Counted from the stretch's first letter, positions 26,580 to 36,508 are shown. The stretch is 64,000 nt of DNA from an uncultured Victivallales bacterium (GCA_944390735.1 CALXRL010000087.1:3031-67030); one strand, 5' to 3'. Translations and numbers: made by a program. Notes: generated from the sequence alone by a model not told the origin.

Positions 26580-28398
26580 TGACGACAAAGATACCGCCGT
26601 TCCGCCTCAAGCTCCATCCGAAGCAAAACGCGAGATAATGCTGCATGGGATTCCCGCCTCTCCCGGAATCGCCATCGGTCTGGCTCTTGCCGTGGGGGAC
26701 AGCGAACGGGTTTCCCTGGAACCGGAAAGTCATCCGATTACCGAATCCGAGGTGCCCAACGAGATCAACCGCTTCACGGCGGCGCTGGAGAAGACGCGCC
26801 GGCAGATCATGGAACTTCAGAAACGGGTGCAGTCCTCCCTTCAGGCAAGCGAGGCAAGCATTTTCGACGCCCATCTGCTGATCGTCGATGACAAGGTGCT
26901 GACTCAGGAGGTGATTTCCGAGATCCGGAAGCGTCTTCAGTCCGCGAACGTGGTGTTCTGCGAGATCATCCGCCGCTACATCGCCGCGATTTCGGCGGTG
27001 GACGATCAATATCTGAAGGAGCGGGCGTCCGATGTGGCCGACGTCGCCTACCGGATTCTGGAGAATCTCAACGGGCAGGAACGGCAGCTGCTGGATCATC
27101 TGCCCGGTCAGAGGATTGTGATTTCCCGCGATCTGACTCCGTCCGACACGGCGCTGCTCGACCGGGAGAATGTTCAGGCGTTCGCCACGGAAACCGGAAG
27201 CCGCACTTCCCATACGGCCATTCTGGCGCGGTCCATGAAAATTCCGGCGGTTGTCGGACTCAACGTCATCTGCGGACAGGTGCACAATGGCGACATGCTC
27301 ATCATTGACGGCTTTCTCGGTGCGGTGATTCTGAATCCCAGACAGGAAACGCTGGAACTCTATGCCCAGAAGGAGGCGTTCAAGGAGCAGCTCTACAACG
27401 AGCTTCAGCGGGAGAGCGCTCTGCTGCCGGAAACGATCGACGGCTATCGTGTTCAGCTGGCCGCCAACATCGACAACGTCAACAATCTGGATGACATTCT
27501 CAATTCCGGCGCGGCCGGGATCGGGCTTTTCCGAACGGAATATCTGTTCATGGGCGGGAAGATTCCGACCGAGGAGGAACAGTTTGAGGTCTATCGGAAA
27601 ATCGCGGTCGCGATGAAGGATCAGACGACCATCATCCGGACGCTGGATCTCGGGGGGGACAAGCTTTCCTCGGTTTTGAATCTTTCGCATGATCCGAATC
27701 CGTTTCTCGGACTTCGGTCGATCCGGCTCTGTCTGGCGTATCCGGAGCTTCTGATTCCGCAGCTGCGGGCGGTTCTGCGCGCAAGCGCATTCGGAAACAT
27801 CAAGATGATGTTCCCCATGGTGACGTGCGAGGATGAACTCGATAAACTGCTGGAGATCCTCGAATCCGTGCGGAAGTCGCTTCGCTCGGAAAAGAAAAAA
27901 TTCGACGAGGAGATGGAAATCGGCATCATGATCGAAACGCCCGCCGCCGCCCTGTTCGCGGAGCATCTGGCAAGGAAGGTGGACTTCTTCAGCATCGGGA
28001 CCAACGATCTGGTACAGTACACCATGGCGGTGGACCGGGGCAATGAGAAGGTGGCGAATCTGTATCGGCCGTCGCATCCGGTCATCGTGATGCTGATTGA
28101 CCGGATCGTGAGAGCGGCGGAGAAGGCGGGCATCTGGGTGAGCGTCTGCGGCGAGATGGCGTCGGATCCGAGATTCATTCCGCTGCTGGTCGGACTCGGG
28201 GTTCAGGAGCTGAGCATGAGTACGGTCTCGCTGGGAATGGCGCGCCGAGTGATCCGGAGACTCAAAATGTACGAGGCGGAAGCCTTTGCGGAAAAAGCGT
28301 TGAAATGTACCGAACATGCACAGATTCTGGAAATGTCGGACGAGCTTCTTCATCGAATCGCTCCCGATGTGGTCAGTCTTGCAATGAAGGGCGGATAA
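26566..28398 (+). CDS. ptsI: phosphoenolpyruvate-protein phosphotransferase (PTS Enzyme I)
   Basis: It has [11 protein letters not shown], the active-site region [13 protein letters not shown], and [13 protein letters not shown]. Confidence 0.93.
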   Translation: MMKSDDDKDTAVPPQAPSEAKREIMLHGIPASPGIAIGLALAVGDSERVSLEPESHPITESEVPNEINRFTAALEKTRRQIMELQKRVQSSLQASEASIFDAHLLIVDDKVLTQEVISEIRKRLQSANVVFCEIIRRYIAAISAVDDQYLKERASDVADVAYRILENLNGQERQLLDHLPGQRIVISRDLTPSDTALLDRENVQAFATETGSRTSHTAILARSMKIPAVVGLNVICGQVHNGDMLIIDGFLGAVILNPRQETLELYAQKEAFKEQLYNELQRESALLPETIDGYRVQLAANIDNVNNLDDILNSGAAGIGLFRTEYLFMGGKIPTEEEQFEVYRKIAVAMKDQTTIIRTLDLGGDKLSSVLNLSHDPNPFLGLRSIRLCLAYPELLIPQLRAVLRASAFGNIKMMFPMVTCEDELDKLLEILESVRKSLRSEKKKFDEEMEIGIMIETPAAALFAEHLARKVDFFSIGTNDLVQYTMAVDRGNEKVANLYRPSHPVIVMLIDRIVRAAEKAGIWVSVCGEMASDPRFIPLLVGLGVQELSMSTVSLGMARRVIRRLKMYEAEAFAEKALKCTEHAQILEMSDELLHRIAPDVVSLAMKGG

Positions 28399-28426
28399 TC
28401 GAAGAAAATCAGAAAAAGGAAACATC

Positions 28427-28930
28427 ATGGCATCTCCAAAAGTGAAATTGACGACGACTCTCGGCGATATTGAACTGGAACTCTGCGAAAAAGATGCTCC
28501 GATCACGGTTCGGAACTTCCTCAGCTATGTGGACTCCGGACACTACAACGGAACCATCTTCCACCGCGTGATCGACGGCTTCATGATTCAGGGCGGCGGC
28601 ATGGACGCCGATATGAACGAGAAGGATACCGAACCACCCATTAAAAACGAGGCCCATCAGAGCGGCTCCAACAAACGCGGCACCATCGCGATGGCGCGGA
28701 CCAATGTGGTGGACAGCGCCACGTCCCAGTTCTTCATCAATCTCGTGGACAACGATTTTCTGGATCATAAGAACAAGTCCGCTGCGGGGTACGGCTACTG
28801 CGTCTTCGGCTTTGTGACCAAAGGCATGGATGTGGTGGACAAGATTGCGAAAGTCGAAACGGGTCCCTACGGCTATCATGACGACGTCCCGGTGGAACCG
28901 GTCATCATTGAGAAGGCGGAGCGGATCTGA
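28427..28930 (+). CDS. ppiB: cyclophilin-type peptidyl-prolyl cis-trans isomerase
   Basis: It has [29 protein letters not shown] and SQFFINL. Confidence 0.93.
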   Translation: MASPKVKLTTTLGDIELELCEKDAPITVRNFLSYVDSGHYNGTIFHRVIDGFMIQGGGMDADMNEKDTEPPIKNEAHQSGSNKRGTIAMARTNVVDSATSQFFINLVDNDFLDHKNKSAAGYGYCVFGFVTKGMDVVDKIAKVETGPYGYHDDVPVEPVIIEKAERI

Positions 28931-29003
28931 CGCATTCCGCCGGAAGACCCGGAAGGCACTCTCCGGAGAAGGAGAACGAATTCCGGCCGTTCGATTCGCA
29001 CAA

Positions 29004-29040
29004 GCCCGCTTCTCCCCGCAGGAGAGAGCGGGTTTTTCTG
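29004..29040 (+). terminator. rho-independent terminator candidate after ppiB
   Basis: An imperfect GC-rich stem, gcccgcttctcc...ggagagagcggg, is followed by tttttctg. Confidence 0.6.
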
Positions 29041-29086
29041 TTTCTCCGGGAAGTTCCGCCCCTCCCAACTTTTTCACAGGCAGTGT

Positions 29087-29114
29087 TTGTTTTTTGAAAA
29101 AACGGGGATATATT
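29087..29114 (+). promoter_or_regulatory. sigma70-type promoter candidate for the etf operon (TTGTTT-N16-TATATT)
   Basis: TTGTTT lies at 29087-29092 and TATATT at 29109-29114. Confidence 0.45.
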
Positions 29115-29185
29115 AACAGGTTAGAATTAAAGATGCTGAAATCAATAAGTTTGACAGGAAAACGTAACAAACAAAGGAGTATCCC

Positions 29186-30079
29186 GTGAGCTACACAATC
29201 ATCGTGTTTGTGAAGCAGGTGCCGGACACCCAGAACATCACCGGGCAGGCAATGAAACCGGATGGAACTGTCAACCGGCAGGCCCTTCCCGCGATCTTCA
29301 ACCCGGAAGATCTGAATGCTTTGGAACTGGCGCTTCAACTGAAAGACCGTTATCAAGCGAAAGTAACAGTGGCCACGATGGGTCCTCCGGCGGCGGCGGA
29401 AGTTCTCCGCAACGCCCTTTTCCGCGGAGCCGACGATGCCGTGCTTCTGACCGACAGGGCATTCGCCGGAGCCGATACTCTTGCAACCAGTTACGCTCTC
29501 AGCAAATGCGCATCCAAGATCGGGAAATTCGATCTGATTCTCTGCGGCCGCCAGGCGATTGACGGCGATACCGCTCAGGTCGGCCCCCAGATCGCGGAAA
29601 AGCTGAAACTGCCTCAGATCTCCTATGTGGAGGAGGTTCTTGAACTGACGGAAACAAGCGTCAAGGCGCGTCGCGCCATTGAAGGCGGTTATGAGATTCT
29701 CGAATCGCCCACGCCCGCGCTCTTCACGGTGGTGGATGCCAATGAGCCGCGTCCGGAAAACGCGATCCGGATCATGAAATACAAAAAGGCGAAAACGAAA
29801 TCGGAACTTGCCGCCTCGAAGACCAGCACTTATGTGGGCGGGGAATCCGTTGCGGAGGATCTGGAGACGAAGGCAGCGAAAGGTCTTCTCATCCGGGAGT
29901 GGAGCGCGGCCGACGTCGAGGCGGATCCGGGACGAATCGGATTTGCCGGCTCTCCGACAAAAGTCAAGCAGATTCAGAGCGTTGTGCTCACCGCGGGCGA
30001 CTACAAGGCGGTGGAGGCGACCGAAGCCGGGGTTTCCAACCTCATTCATGAACTCATTGAAGACCATACATTAGGGTGA
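29186..30079 (+). CDS. etfB: electron transfer flavoprotein beta subunit (bifurcating-type sequence features)
   Basis: It uses a GTG start. It has VFVKQVPDT, NPEDLNALELAL, ILCGRQAIDGDTAQVGPQIAE and GSPTKV. Confidence 0.9.
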   Translation: MSYTIIVFVKQVPDTQNITGQAMKPDGTVNRQALPAIFNPEDLNALELALQLKDRYQAKVTVATMGPPAAAEVLRNALFRGADDAVLLTDRAFAGADTLATSYALSKCASKIGKFDLILCGRQAIDGDTAQVGPQIAEKLKLPQISYVEEVLELTETSVKARRAIEGGYEILESPTPALFTVVDANEPRPENAIRIMKYKKAKTKSELAASKTSTYVGGESVAEDLETKAAKGLLIREWSAADVEADPGRIGFAGSPTKVKQIQSVVLTAGDYKAVEATEAGVSNLIHELIEDHTLG

Positions 30080-30085
30080 TAGATT

Positions 30086-31108
30086 ATGTCAGAACAAATT
30101 GGAAATGTCTGGGTGTTTATCGAGCAGGAAGGCGGAAAGATCGCGGATGTCAGTCTGGAGCTGGTCAGCAAGGGAACGGAACTTGCCGCGAAGCTCGGCG
30201 TCTCCGTGGAAGCGGTGCTGCTCGGATCCAACGTCGGGAATTGCTGCGATACTCTGTTCCAGTACGGCTGCAAAAAGGTCTATCTTGCCGATGATCCGCG
30301 TCTGGAGCCGTTCACGGTTCTGCCGTTTGCAAAGGTGATTATGGATCTCATCAAGGAGTACAAGCCGAATATTCTGCTGTTCGGCGCGACCATGAAGGGG
30401 CGCGAACTTGCTCCCCGCGTCGCTTCCGAGAAACTCGCCGGGCTGACCGCCGACTGCACCGATCTGCGGATCGACGATTTCGACGATAAAGTCAATAAGA
30501 AATTCTATAAGAACAAACTTATGCAGATCCGTCCGGCGTTCGGCGGAAACATCATCGCCACCATTGTCAACACCTGGGACGATCCCCAGATGGTGACGGT
30601 CCGCGAAGGCGTGATGAAGATGGTCGAGCCCGATCCCTCCGCGAAAGGGGAGGTCGTGAAGGTGGATGTGGCGCTGACCGCGGAGGAGACGGTGGTCAAG
30701 GTCATTGAGCGCATGCGTCAGGACAAGACGGTCAATCTCAAAGGCGCGCAGATCATTGTGGCCGGCGGCTACGGCGTGGGATCGGCGGAGAACTTCAAGC
30801 TGATCCGCGAACTGGCGCAGGTGCTCGGCGGCGAGGTCGGGGCTTCCAGAGCGGCGGTTGACGCCGGATGGATCGATCACGATCATCAGGTCGGACAGAC
30901 CGGTGTGACGGTCCGGCCGAAACTCTACATTGCCTGCGGCATCAGCGGCTCCGTCCAGCACTGCGCCGGAATGAGCGACAGCAAAAAGATCATCGCGATC
31001 AACACGGATCCCGCGGCTCCGATTTTCTCGGTTGCGCATTACGGGATCGTCGGCGACCTGAACCAGGTCATTCCCATGATGATTAAAGCCTACAAAGCCA
31101 AGGCCTGA
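30086..31108 (+). CDS. etfA: electron transfer flavoprotein alpha subunit
   Basis: It has LFGATMKGRELAPRVA, RPAFGGNIIATIV and VGQTGVTVRPKLYIACGISGSVQH. Confidence 0.9.
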   Translation: MSEQIGNVWVFIEQEGGKIADVSLELVSKGTELAAKLGVSVEAVLLGSNVGNCCDTLFQYGCKKVYLADDPRLEPFTVLPFAKVIMDLIKEYKPNILLFGATMKGRELAPRVASEKLAGLTADCTDLRIDDFDDKVNKKFYKNKLMQIRPAFGGNIIATIVNTWDDPQMVTVREGVMKMVEPDPSAKGEVVKVDVALTAEETVVKVIERMRQDKTVNLKGAQIIVAGGYGVGSAENFKLIRELAQVLGGEVGASRAAVDAGWIDHDHQVGQTGVTVRPKLYIACGISGSVQHCAGMSDSKKIIAINTDPAAPIFSVAHYGIVGDLNQVIPMMIKAYKAKA

Positions 31109-31121
31109 GGAGAGAATAGAG

Positions 31122-32813
31122 ATGTCAAACTTTTTCACGGATAATCCGGACCTGATGTTCACGCTGGAAAACCTTGAAATGGAGGAGCTCGTCGCTCTCC
31201 GCGAGGATCATTACAAACAGGCGGAGAAGTTCGATTACGCTCCGGAAAACTACGAGGACGCCAAGGATAATTACAAACGCGTCCTCACGGTGATCGGCGA
31301 AATCACAGGCGAACGCATCGCTCCCCGTTCCCGTCAGGTGGACGAGGAGGGTCCGACCCTCAAGGACGGCGTCGTCAAATACCATCCCCTGACCGACAGA
31401 AACCTCAAGGACCTCAAGGATGCCGGTGTCATGGGCGTGATGCTTCCCCGGCAGTACGGCGGACTCAACTTCCCCACCACCATCTACACCATGATGACGG
31501 AAATGGTCGCCCGTGCGGATGCTTCCCTTCAGAATCTGATCGGACTTCAGGACATTGCGGAAACCATCTGCGAATTCGGGTCGGAGGAGCAGCGTCAGAA
31601 ATATCTGCCGCGTTTTGCTTCCGGAGAGGCCGACGGCTCCATGGACCTCACGGAGCCGGACTCCGGTTCCGACCTTCAGTCCGTGCGTCTCAAAGCGACG
31701 CAGGGACCCGACGGAAAGTGGTATCTGAACGGCATGAAACGCTTCATTACCAACGGCTGCGCACAGATCCACCTGGTGCTTGCCCGTTCGCAGGAGGGAA
31801 CAACCGACGGACGCGGACTTTCCATGTTCATCTGTGAAGCCTGCCCGGAACTGAAAGTCCGCCGTATCGAGCACAAGCTTGGGATTCACGGCGTGCCGAC
31901 CGCCGAGCTTCAGTACAACAATGTCCCCGCGGAACTCTGCGGCAAGCAGCGCTTCGGACTGATTAAGTATGTGATGAGCCTGATGAACGGCGCACGCGTT
32001 GCCATCAGCGGACAGGCGCTCGGCATTGCGGAGGCTTCCTACCGCGAGGCCAGAAAATACGCCTCCGAGCGCGTGCAGTTCAAGCAGAGCATCGACAAAT
32101 TCCCGGCGATCTATGAGATGCTGGCGAAGATGAAGACCAAACTCACCGCCGCAAGAACGCTGCTTTACGAGACTACCAGAGCGGTCGATCTCCGCTACTC
32201 CTACAATCTGATCGACGAACGTTCCGAAAAGGCCAAATACTATGTGAAGGTCGCGGCGGTGCTGACGCCGATGTGCAAGGCGCTCTCCACCGAGATCGCC
32301 AACCAGATTGCCTATGACTGCATCCAGATCCACGGCGGAACCGGCTACATGCACGACTTCGACGCGGAACGCTACTACCGCGATGCCAGAATCACGAACA
32401 TCTACGAGGGAACCACGCAGCTTCAGGTGGTTGCCGCGATCGGCGGAATCATGCAGCGCGTGCTGGATCCGATGATCGGAGAGCTCCTCAAGATGTCCTG
32501 CGACGGCCTCGACTGCCGTCTGCTGAAAATGCTGGAGGAGATGCACGAAAAGCAGGTGGAAGCCGTCAAATATGTGGCGGAGAAAAAGGATTCCGCGTAT
32601 CACGATCTCAGAGCCAGAAATCTGGTGGAGAACGAGACGATCGTTCTGGTCGGACTGCTGATGCTCCGGGATGCGAAGAAGGATCCGAAACGCGTGCCGC
32701 TTGCCGAACGCTACATCCTCGATGCGGCGCACGACTTTGAAAGAAACTATCAGATCGTCATGAGCGGCGACCTGTCGACCATTGACAGACATCGCGACGT
32801 CATCGACTACTGA
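31122..32813 (+). CDS. long-form acyl-CoA dehydrogenase (563 aa)
   Basis: It has the ACAD motifs DLTEPDSGSDL and IQIHGGTGYMHDFDAERYYRDARITNIYEGT. It lies directly after etfBA. Confidence 0.9.
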   Translation: MSNFFTDNPDLMFTLENLEMEELVALREDHYKQAEKFDYAPENYEDAKDNYKRVLTVIGEITGERIAPRSRQVDEEGPTLKDGVVKYHPLTDRNLKDLKDAGVMGVMLPRQYGGLNFPTTIYTMMTEMVARADASLQNLIGLQDIAETICEFGSEEQRQKYLPRFASGEADGSMDLTEPDSGSDLQSVRLKATQGPDGKWYLNGMKRFITNGCAQIHLVLARSQEGTTDGRGLSMFICEACPELKVRRIEHKLGIHGVPTAELQYNNVPAELCGKQRFGLIKYVMSLMNGARVAISGQALGIAEASYREARKYASERVQFKQSIDKFPAIYEMLAKMKTKLTAARTLLYETTRAVDLRYSYNLIDERSEKAKYYVKVAAVLTPMCKALSTEIANQIAYDCIQIHGGTGYMHDFDAERYYRDARITNIYEGTTQLQVVAAIGGIMQRVLDPMIGELLKMSCDGLDCRLLKMLEEMHEKQVEAVKYVAEKKDSAYHDLRARNLVENETIVLVGLLMLRDAKKDPKRVPLAERYILDAAHDFERNYQIVMSGDLSTIDRHRDVIDY

Positions 32814-32830
32814 TCAACGGAGATCTTGGA

Positions 32831-33118
32831 ATGAATAACGATTATCTGGAAAGAGCCAAACAGGTCATCCCCGATGCAAAAACGCTGATTCTTCTCGCAT
32901 CGAGAAGAGCGCGGCAGCTTGCTTACGGCGCACGGCCGATGGTCCGCTGCAAAGACGAAAATCATCTGGATGTGGCGCTGCTTGAAATCGCCGAGGGCAA
33001 ACTCGTGGCGAACTTCAATGGCACGGAAAATGATTTCCTCAAGGAGATCAATGCCATCAAGGAGGCCGCCAAGCGCGAATCCGGTGAGATCAGCATGAAA
33101 AACGGAAACGCAGACTGA
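32831..33118 (+). CDS. rpoZ: DNA-directed RNA polymerase omega subunit
   Basis: LILLASRRARQLAYG...DVALLEIAEGKL matches the omega core (compare E. coli LVLVAARRARQM...IALREIEEG). Confidence 0.8.
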   Translation: MNNDYLERAKQVIPDAKTLILLASRRARQLAYGARPMVRCKDENHLDVALLEIAEGKLVANFNGTENDFLKEINAIKEAAKRESGEISMKNGNAD

Positions 33119-33144
33119 TTCTCCCCCCGGGAGAATCGGAAAAC

Positions 33145-33177
33145 AGCGCGTCGGAATGGTTCGGCGCGCTTTTTTTA
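33145..33177 (+). terminator. rho-independent terminator between rpoZ and purE
   Basis: A 9-bp stem pairs agcgcgtcg (33145-33153) with cggcgcgct (33162-33170), including one G-U pair. The loop is 8 nt and a T7 run follows. Confidence 0.65.
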
Positions 33178-33191
33178 TCAAGGAGTTTTCC

Positions 33192-33701
33192 ATGGCAGAA
33201 ATTGCAATTATCATGGGCAGCAAGAGCGATCTGATTTCGCTCAAGGGAGCGTTTGAAACGCTCAATTCGTTCGGAGTGGAGTATACGGCGCGGGTTCTCT
33301 CCGCCCATCGGACCCCGGATGCGGCCGCGGAGTTCGCGAAAAACGCCGAGCACAACGGGTATCGTGTCATTCTCTGCGCGGCCGGAATGGCGGCGCATCT
33401 GGGAGGAGTCATTGCGGCGCATACGATTCTCCCCGTCATCGGCATTCCGATGGCCTGCGAGCCGTTTCACGGACTCGATGCGCTGCTCTCCATGGTTCAG
33501 ATGCCGCCGGGAATTCCCGTGGCGACTGTGACGGCGGGAAAGGCCGGAGCGAAAAACGCTGCGCTTCTTGCGATTTCAATTCTGGCGCTCGGCAATCCGG
33601 AGCTCGGCGCAAAACTCAAAGAGTTCCGTGCCGCTCAGCAGCGGAAGGTCGAAGAGGCGGATGCCTCCCTTCAGAAGGAAATTGCCAAGCTCAGCGAATA
33701 A
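33192..33701 (+). CDS. purE: 5-(carboxyamino)imidazole ribonucleotide mutase
   Basis: ORF trimmed to ATG 33192. It has IIMGSKSD, SAHRTP and AAGMAAHLGGVIAAHT. Confidence 0.93.
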   Translation: MAEIAIIMGSKSDLISLKGAFETLNSFGVEYTARVLSAHRTPDAAAEFAKNAEHNGYRVILCAAGMAAHLGGVIAAHTILPVIGIPMACEPFHGLDALLSMVQMPPGIPVATVTAGKAGAKNAALLAISILALGNPELGAKLKEFRAAQQRKVEEADASLQKEIAKLSE

Positions 33702-33716
33702 TCCGGCGGAGGAGTC

Positions 33717-34628
33717 ATGCGGAAATACTCCGGCATCCTTCTTTTCCTGATCCTGCCTGCGGTTTTCGCGGCGGGGGAGGCGTCTGCTCCGACGCGGAAC
33801 CGTGCGACGGAACCGGTGACCTTCCAGGAGCGGTTTCTCTCTGATTTTCAGGCTCTTTTTGAGATGCTTGGCAGAGAGTATCCGCAGTTTCGGAACCGTC
33901 TTTCTTCCCAGGATGCGGACAAGGCGCTTGCCGCTCTTCTGGAGGGGCTCGGTTCCGGAGTGATTCCCGTTCCGGATGGAAAGAATACGGCGCTTCCCGG
34001 GAGCGCTTCCGCTCCAGCGGGAAAACGGGGGAATACGGGGAAAACGGAAACTTCCGGAAAGAATCCTCCGGAGGTTCGTCTGGCGAACGGTCTGATGTAT
34101 CTCCGGCTGAACGTCATAGACGCACACGGCATCGAACGGCTTATGGAGGTGCTCGGAACGGAGGGAAAAGGAGTGATTCTGGATCTGCGTTCCTGTTCCG
34201 GTGGAAACGGCGAGGAGCTTGCGTTCCGCCTTTCGCACTTTCTGGCGGGGAAACGGGGGATGGCAACCGCGCATATCGCGATTCTGACGGGTCCGGCGAC
34301 CCGGGGCGCCGCGGAAATCCTGGGCGCCATGCTGACGGCCTCCCGAAAGGGAATCCGGATCGGAGAACCGACCGCCGGAGAGCCCTATCTTAGAAAGATC
34401 GTGCGTGCGGGTTCCCGGAACTGGCTGGTTCCGGTGCCGCCGGAAGGCGCGGAACAGGTGCGGTATGCGAAACTGCGTCCGCAGATTGCGATTTCATCCG
34501 TTCCGCAGGTTCCGTATGACAAGGTTTGTGCGGGTCGGGGGGCTTTTTCGGGCGACCGCTGTCTCTCCAGAGCGGCGGATCTGCTGGTCAGTCTGGATTT
34601 ATTGGATCAAAAGGGGTTGAAAAAATAA
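33717..34628 (+). CDS. secreted S41 (C-terminal processing peptidase)-like protein with an apparently degenerate catalytic dyad
   Basis: The signal peptide is MRKYSGILLFLILPAVFAAG. It has the S41-like block GVILDLRSCSGGNGEE. TRGAAEI sits where SASASEI is expected, and TAGEP where TFGKG is expected. Confidence 0.6.
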   Translation: MRKYSGILLFLILPAVFAAGEASAPTRNRATEPVTFQERFLSDFQALFEMLGREYPQFRNRLSSQDADKALAALLEGLGSGVIPVPDGKNTALPGSASAPAGKRGNTGKTETSGKNPPEVRLANGLMYLRLNVIDAHGIERLMEVLGTEGKGVILDLRSCSGGNGEELAFRLSHFLAGKRGMATAHIAILTGPATRGAAEILGAMLTASRKGIRIGEPTAGEPYLRKIVRAGSRNWLVPVPPEGAEQVRYAKLRPQIAISSVPQVPYDKVCAGRGAFSGDRCLSRAADLLVSLDLLDQKGLKK

Positions 34629-34630
34629 TC

Positions 34631-34975
34631 ATGCCTGTTATAGTTAAGACAATACTTCTGCTCGTCGCCTCCAATCTGTTCATGACGTTTGCGTGGTACG
34701 GGCACCTGAAGAATATGTCGGGGAAGCCGTGGTATCTTGCCGCGCTGGTGAGCTGGGGAATCGCCCTCTTCGAATATCTGATTCAGGTTCCCGCAAACCG
34801 CATCGGATATGCCGGCGGATTGACCCTGGCGCAGCTGAAGATCATGCAGGAAGTGATTACGCTGTCGGTATTTGTGCCGTTTTCACTGATCTACATGAAG
34901 GAAGGATTCAAGCTGGACTACATCTGGGCGGCGTTCTGTCTGACGGGCGCGGTCTATTTCATGTTCCGGCACTGA
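34631..34975 (+). CDS. small DMT-superfamily membrane protein (DUF486-like)
   Basis: ORF trimmed to ATG 34631. It is a 114-aa protein with four hydrophobic segments. The N-terminus reads MPVIVKTILLLVASNLFMTFAWYGHLK. Confidence 0.75.
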   Translation: MPVIVKTILLLVASNLFMTFAWYGHLKNMSGKPWYLAALVSWGIALFEYLIQVPANRIGYAGGLTLAQLKIMQEVITLSVFVPFSLIYMKEGFKLDYIWAAFCLTGAVYFMFRH

Positions 34976-35006
34976 CGGTCAAACCACAGAAAAAGGAGGA
35001 AGGGCT

Positions 35007-35606
35007 ATGTTGGAACAACTGGTTACGGGAATCGGTAATTTTCTTGCCGGCGGAACGGCCATGACACTCTACTGGTGCGCCGCAATCGGAGGAACACTGT
35101 TCTTCGTCTTCACGCTCTGCTGTTCCTCGTTTGACCTCGGCGGAGTCGATGCCGCGGGAGACGCGGCAGCCGACGGATCGTTCGATGCAATGGGACATGT
35201 GGATACCGGACTTCTGGATTTCCAGCTCATCAGTTTCAAATCCATTCTCGCATTTGTGACCATGTTCGGCTGGACGGGGGTGGTCTGGGGAAAATCCGGA
35301 TGGCTGGGATTCCTGGCCGCTTTTCTGATCGGGCTCTTCGCCATGTTCCTCACGGCGCTGGCAATTTATCTGATGTTCAAACTGCAGCACAGCGGAAATG
35401 TGACGGCGAAAGAGATTGTCGGATCGGTTGGAACGGTCTATATCAGCATCCCGGCCGGACGCACAGAGCATGGAAAGGTGACGGTGAGTCTGGGCGGATC
35501 CACTCAGGAGATCGTCGCCGTGGCGGATGAGGAAATCCCGACGGGTTCGGCGGTGAAGGTGACGGAGGCGCTTTCCGACTCCCTTTTTCTGGTTCGGAAG
35601 GTGTGA
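35007..35606 (+). CDS. NfeD/YqiJ-like membrane protein
   Basis: N-terminal TM helices are followed by a C-terminal OB-like segment, GSVGTVYISIPAGRTEHGKVTVSLGGSTQEIVAVADEEIPTGSAVKV. Confidence 0.65.
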   Translation: MLEQLVTGIGNFLAGGTAMTLYWCAAIGGTLFFVFTLCCSSFDLGGVDAAGDAAADGSFDAMGHVDTGLLDFQLISFKSILAFVTMFGWTGVVWGKSGWLGFLAAFLIGLFAMFLTALAIYLMFKLQHSGNVTAKEIVGSVGTVYISIPAGRTEHGKVTVSLGGSTQEIVAVADEEIPTGSAVKVTEALSDSLFLVRKV

Positions 35607-36508
35607 CACGTATGAATGAGGAGGCGCTTGTCGCCAGATTGAAACAACTCTTCACTCCGGGCGCGGAGGTCGTCGAAGGTCCCGGGGACGACTGCGCCGC
35701 AATCCGGATGCCGGGAACGGATTCCTTGCTTCTGGCGGCCGTGGATCAGGTGGTGGAGGGAATTCATTATCTGCCCGGGGAAGCAAGTGCCGCCGTCGCG
35801 GGAAAACTCGTGAAACGCAATGTCAGCGATATCGCGGCCATGGGGGGAGAGCCCCTCTACGCCATGCTGACCGTTGCGGCCAATCCGCTGGAGGAACCGG
35901 AACTTCTCCGCTTTTTCGAGGCGGTGCAGGAGAGCTGCGGCCGCTACGGAATGTGCGTGGCGGGAGGCGATGTCGCCGCACTGCCGGAACGCGGAGCCGT
36001 CTTCACGCTCTCGATTCTGGGACGTGTGAAGGCGGAGTGCATGAAGCTGAGGCGGACCGCCCGGGCAGGAGATGTGCTCTGCGCAACCGGCTGGTTCGGC
36101 AGATCGTTCCCGACGGGACGGCATCTGACGTTTGAACCCCGGTTGAAGGAAGGACAGTATCTCGGAGCCTGTTCGTGCGTGCATGCCATGATGGATGTCA
36201 GCGACGGACTGCTGAAGGATTCTCTCCGGATGGCGTCGGATTCGGGACTGGCGCTTCAGCTCGAGCCCGATGCGGTGCCCCGCTTCGACGGAGCTTCGCT
36301 GGAAGAGGCGCTCTCCGATGGAGAGGATTATGAACTGATTTTTGCCGTCGCGCCTGAAGAGGCCGATCGGCTGATTGCGGAATTTCCATACACCCGGATT
36401 TCCAAAATCGGAGTTTTTCTGGAGGGAACTCCCGGAGAATTCCGGAATTGGCCGGACTGGAAGAAAAAAGGATTTGACCATTTTCATGAAAACAGCAGAG
36501 ACATTTGA
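35603..36508 (+). CDS. thiL: thiamine-monophosphate kinase
   Basis: It has the AIR-synthase-related motifs GPGDDCAAI, DQVVEGIHY, NVSDIAAMGGEP and DVSDGLLKD. The start is either GTG 35603 or ATG 35612. Confidence 0.85.
   Translation: MTRMNEEALVARLKQLFTPGAEVVEGPGDDCAAIRMPGTDSLLLAAVDQVVEGIHYLPGEASAAVAGKLVKRNVSDIAAMGGEPLYAMLTVAANPLEEPELLRFFEAVQESCGRYGMCVAGGDVAALPERGAVFTLSILGRVKAECMKLRRTARAGDVLCATGWFGRSFPTGRHLTFEPRLKEGQYLGACSCVHAMMDVSDGLLKDSLRMASDSGLALQLEPDAVPRFDGASLEEALSDGEDYELIFAVAPEEADRLIAEFPYTRISKIGVFLEGTPGEFRNWPDWKKKGFDHFHENSRDI

Noticed and set aside
26551-30067. Two long minus-strand ORFs (26551..28506 and 28409..30067) antisense to ptsI, ppiB and etfB
   Set aside because: The plus-strand genes are unambiguous. 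The antisense ORFs cross intergenic regions and terminators and have a biased composition.
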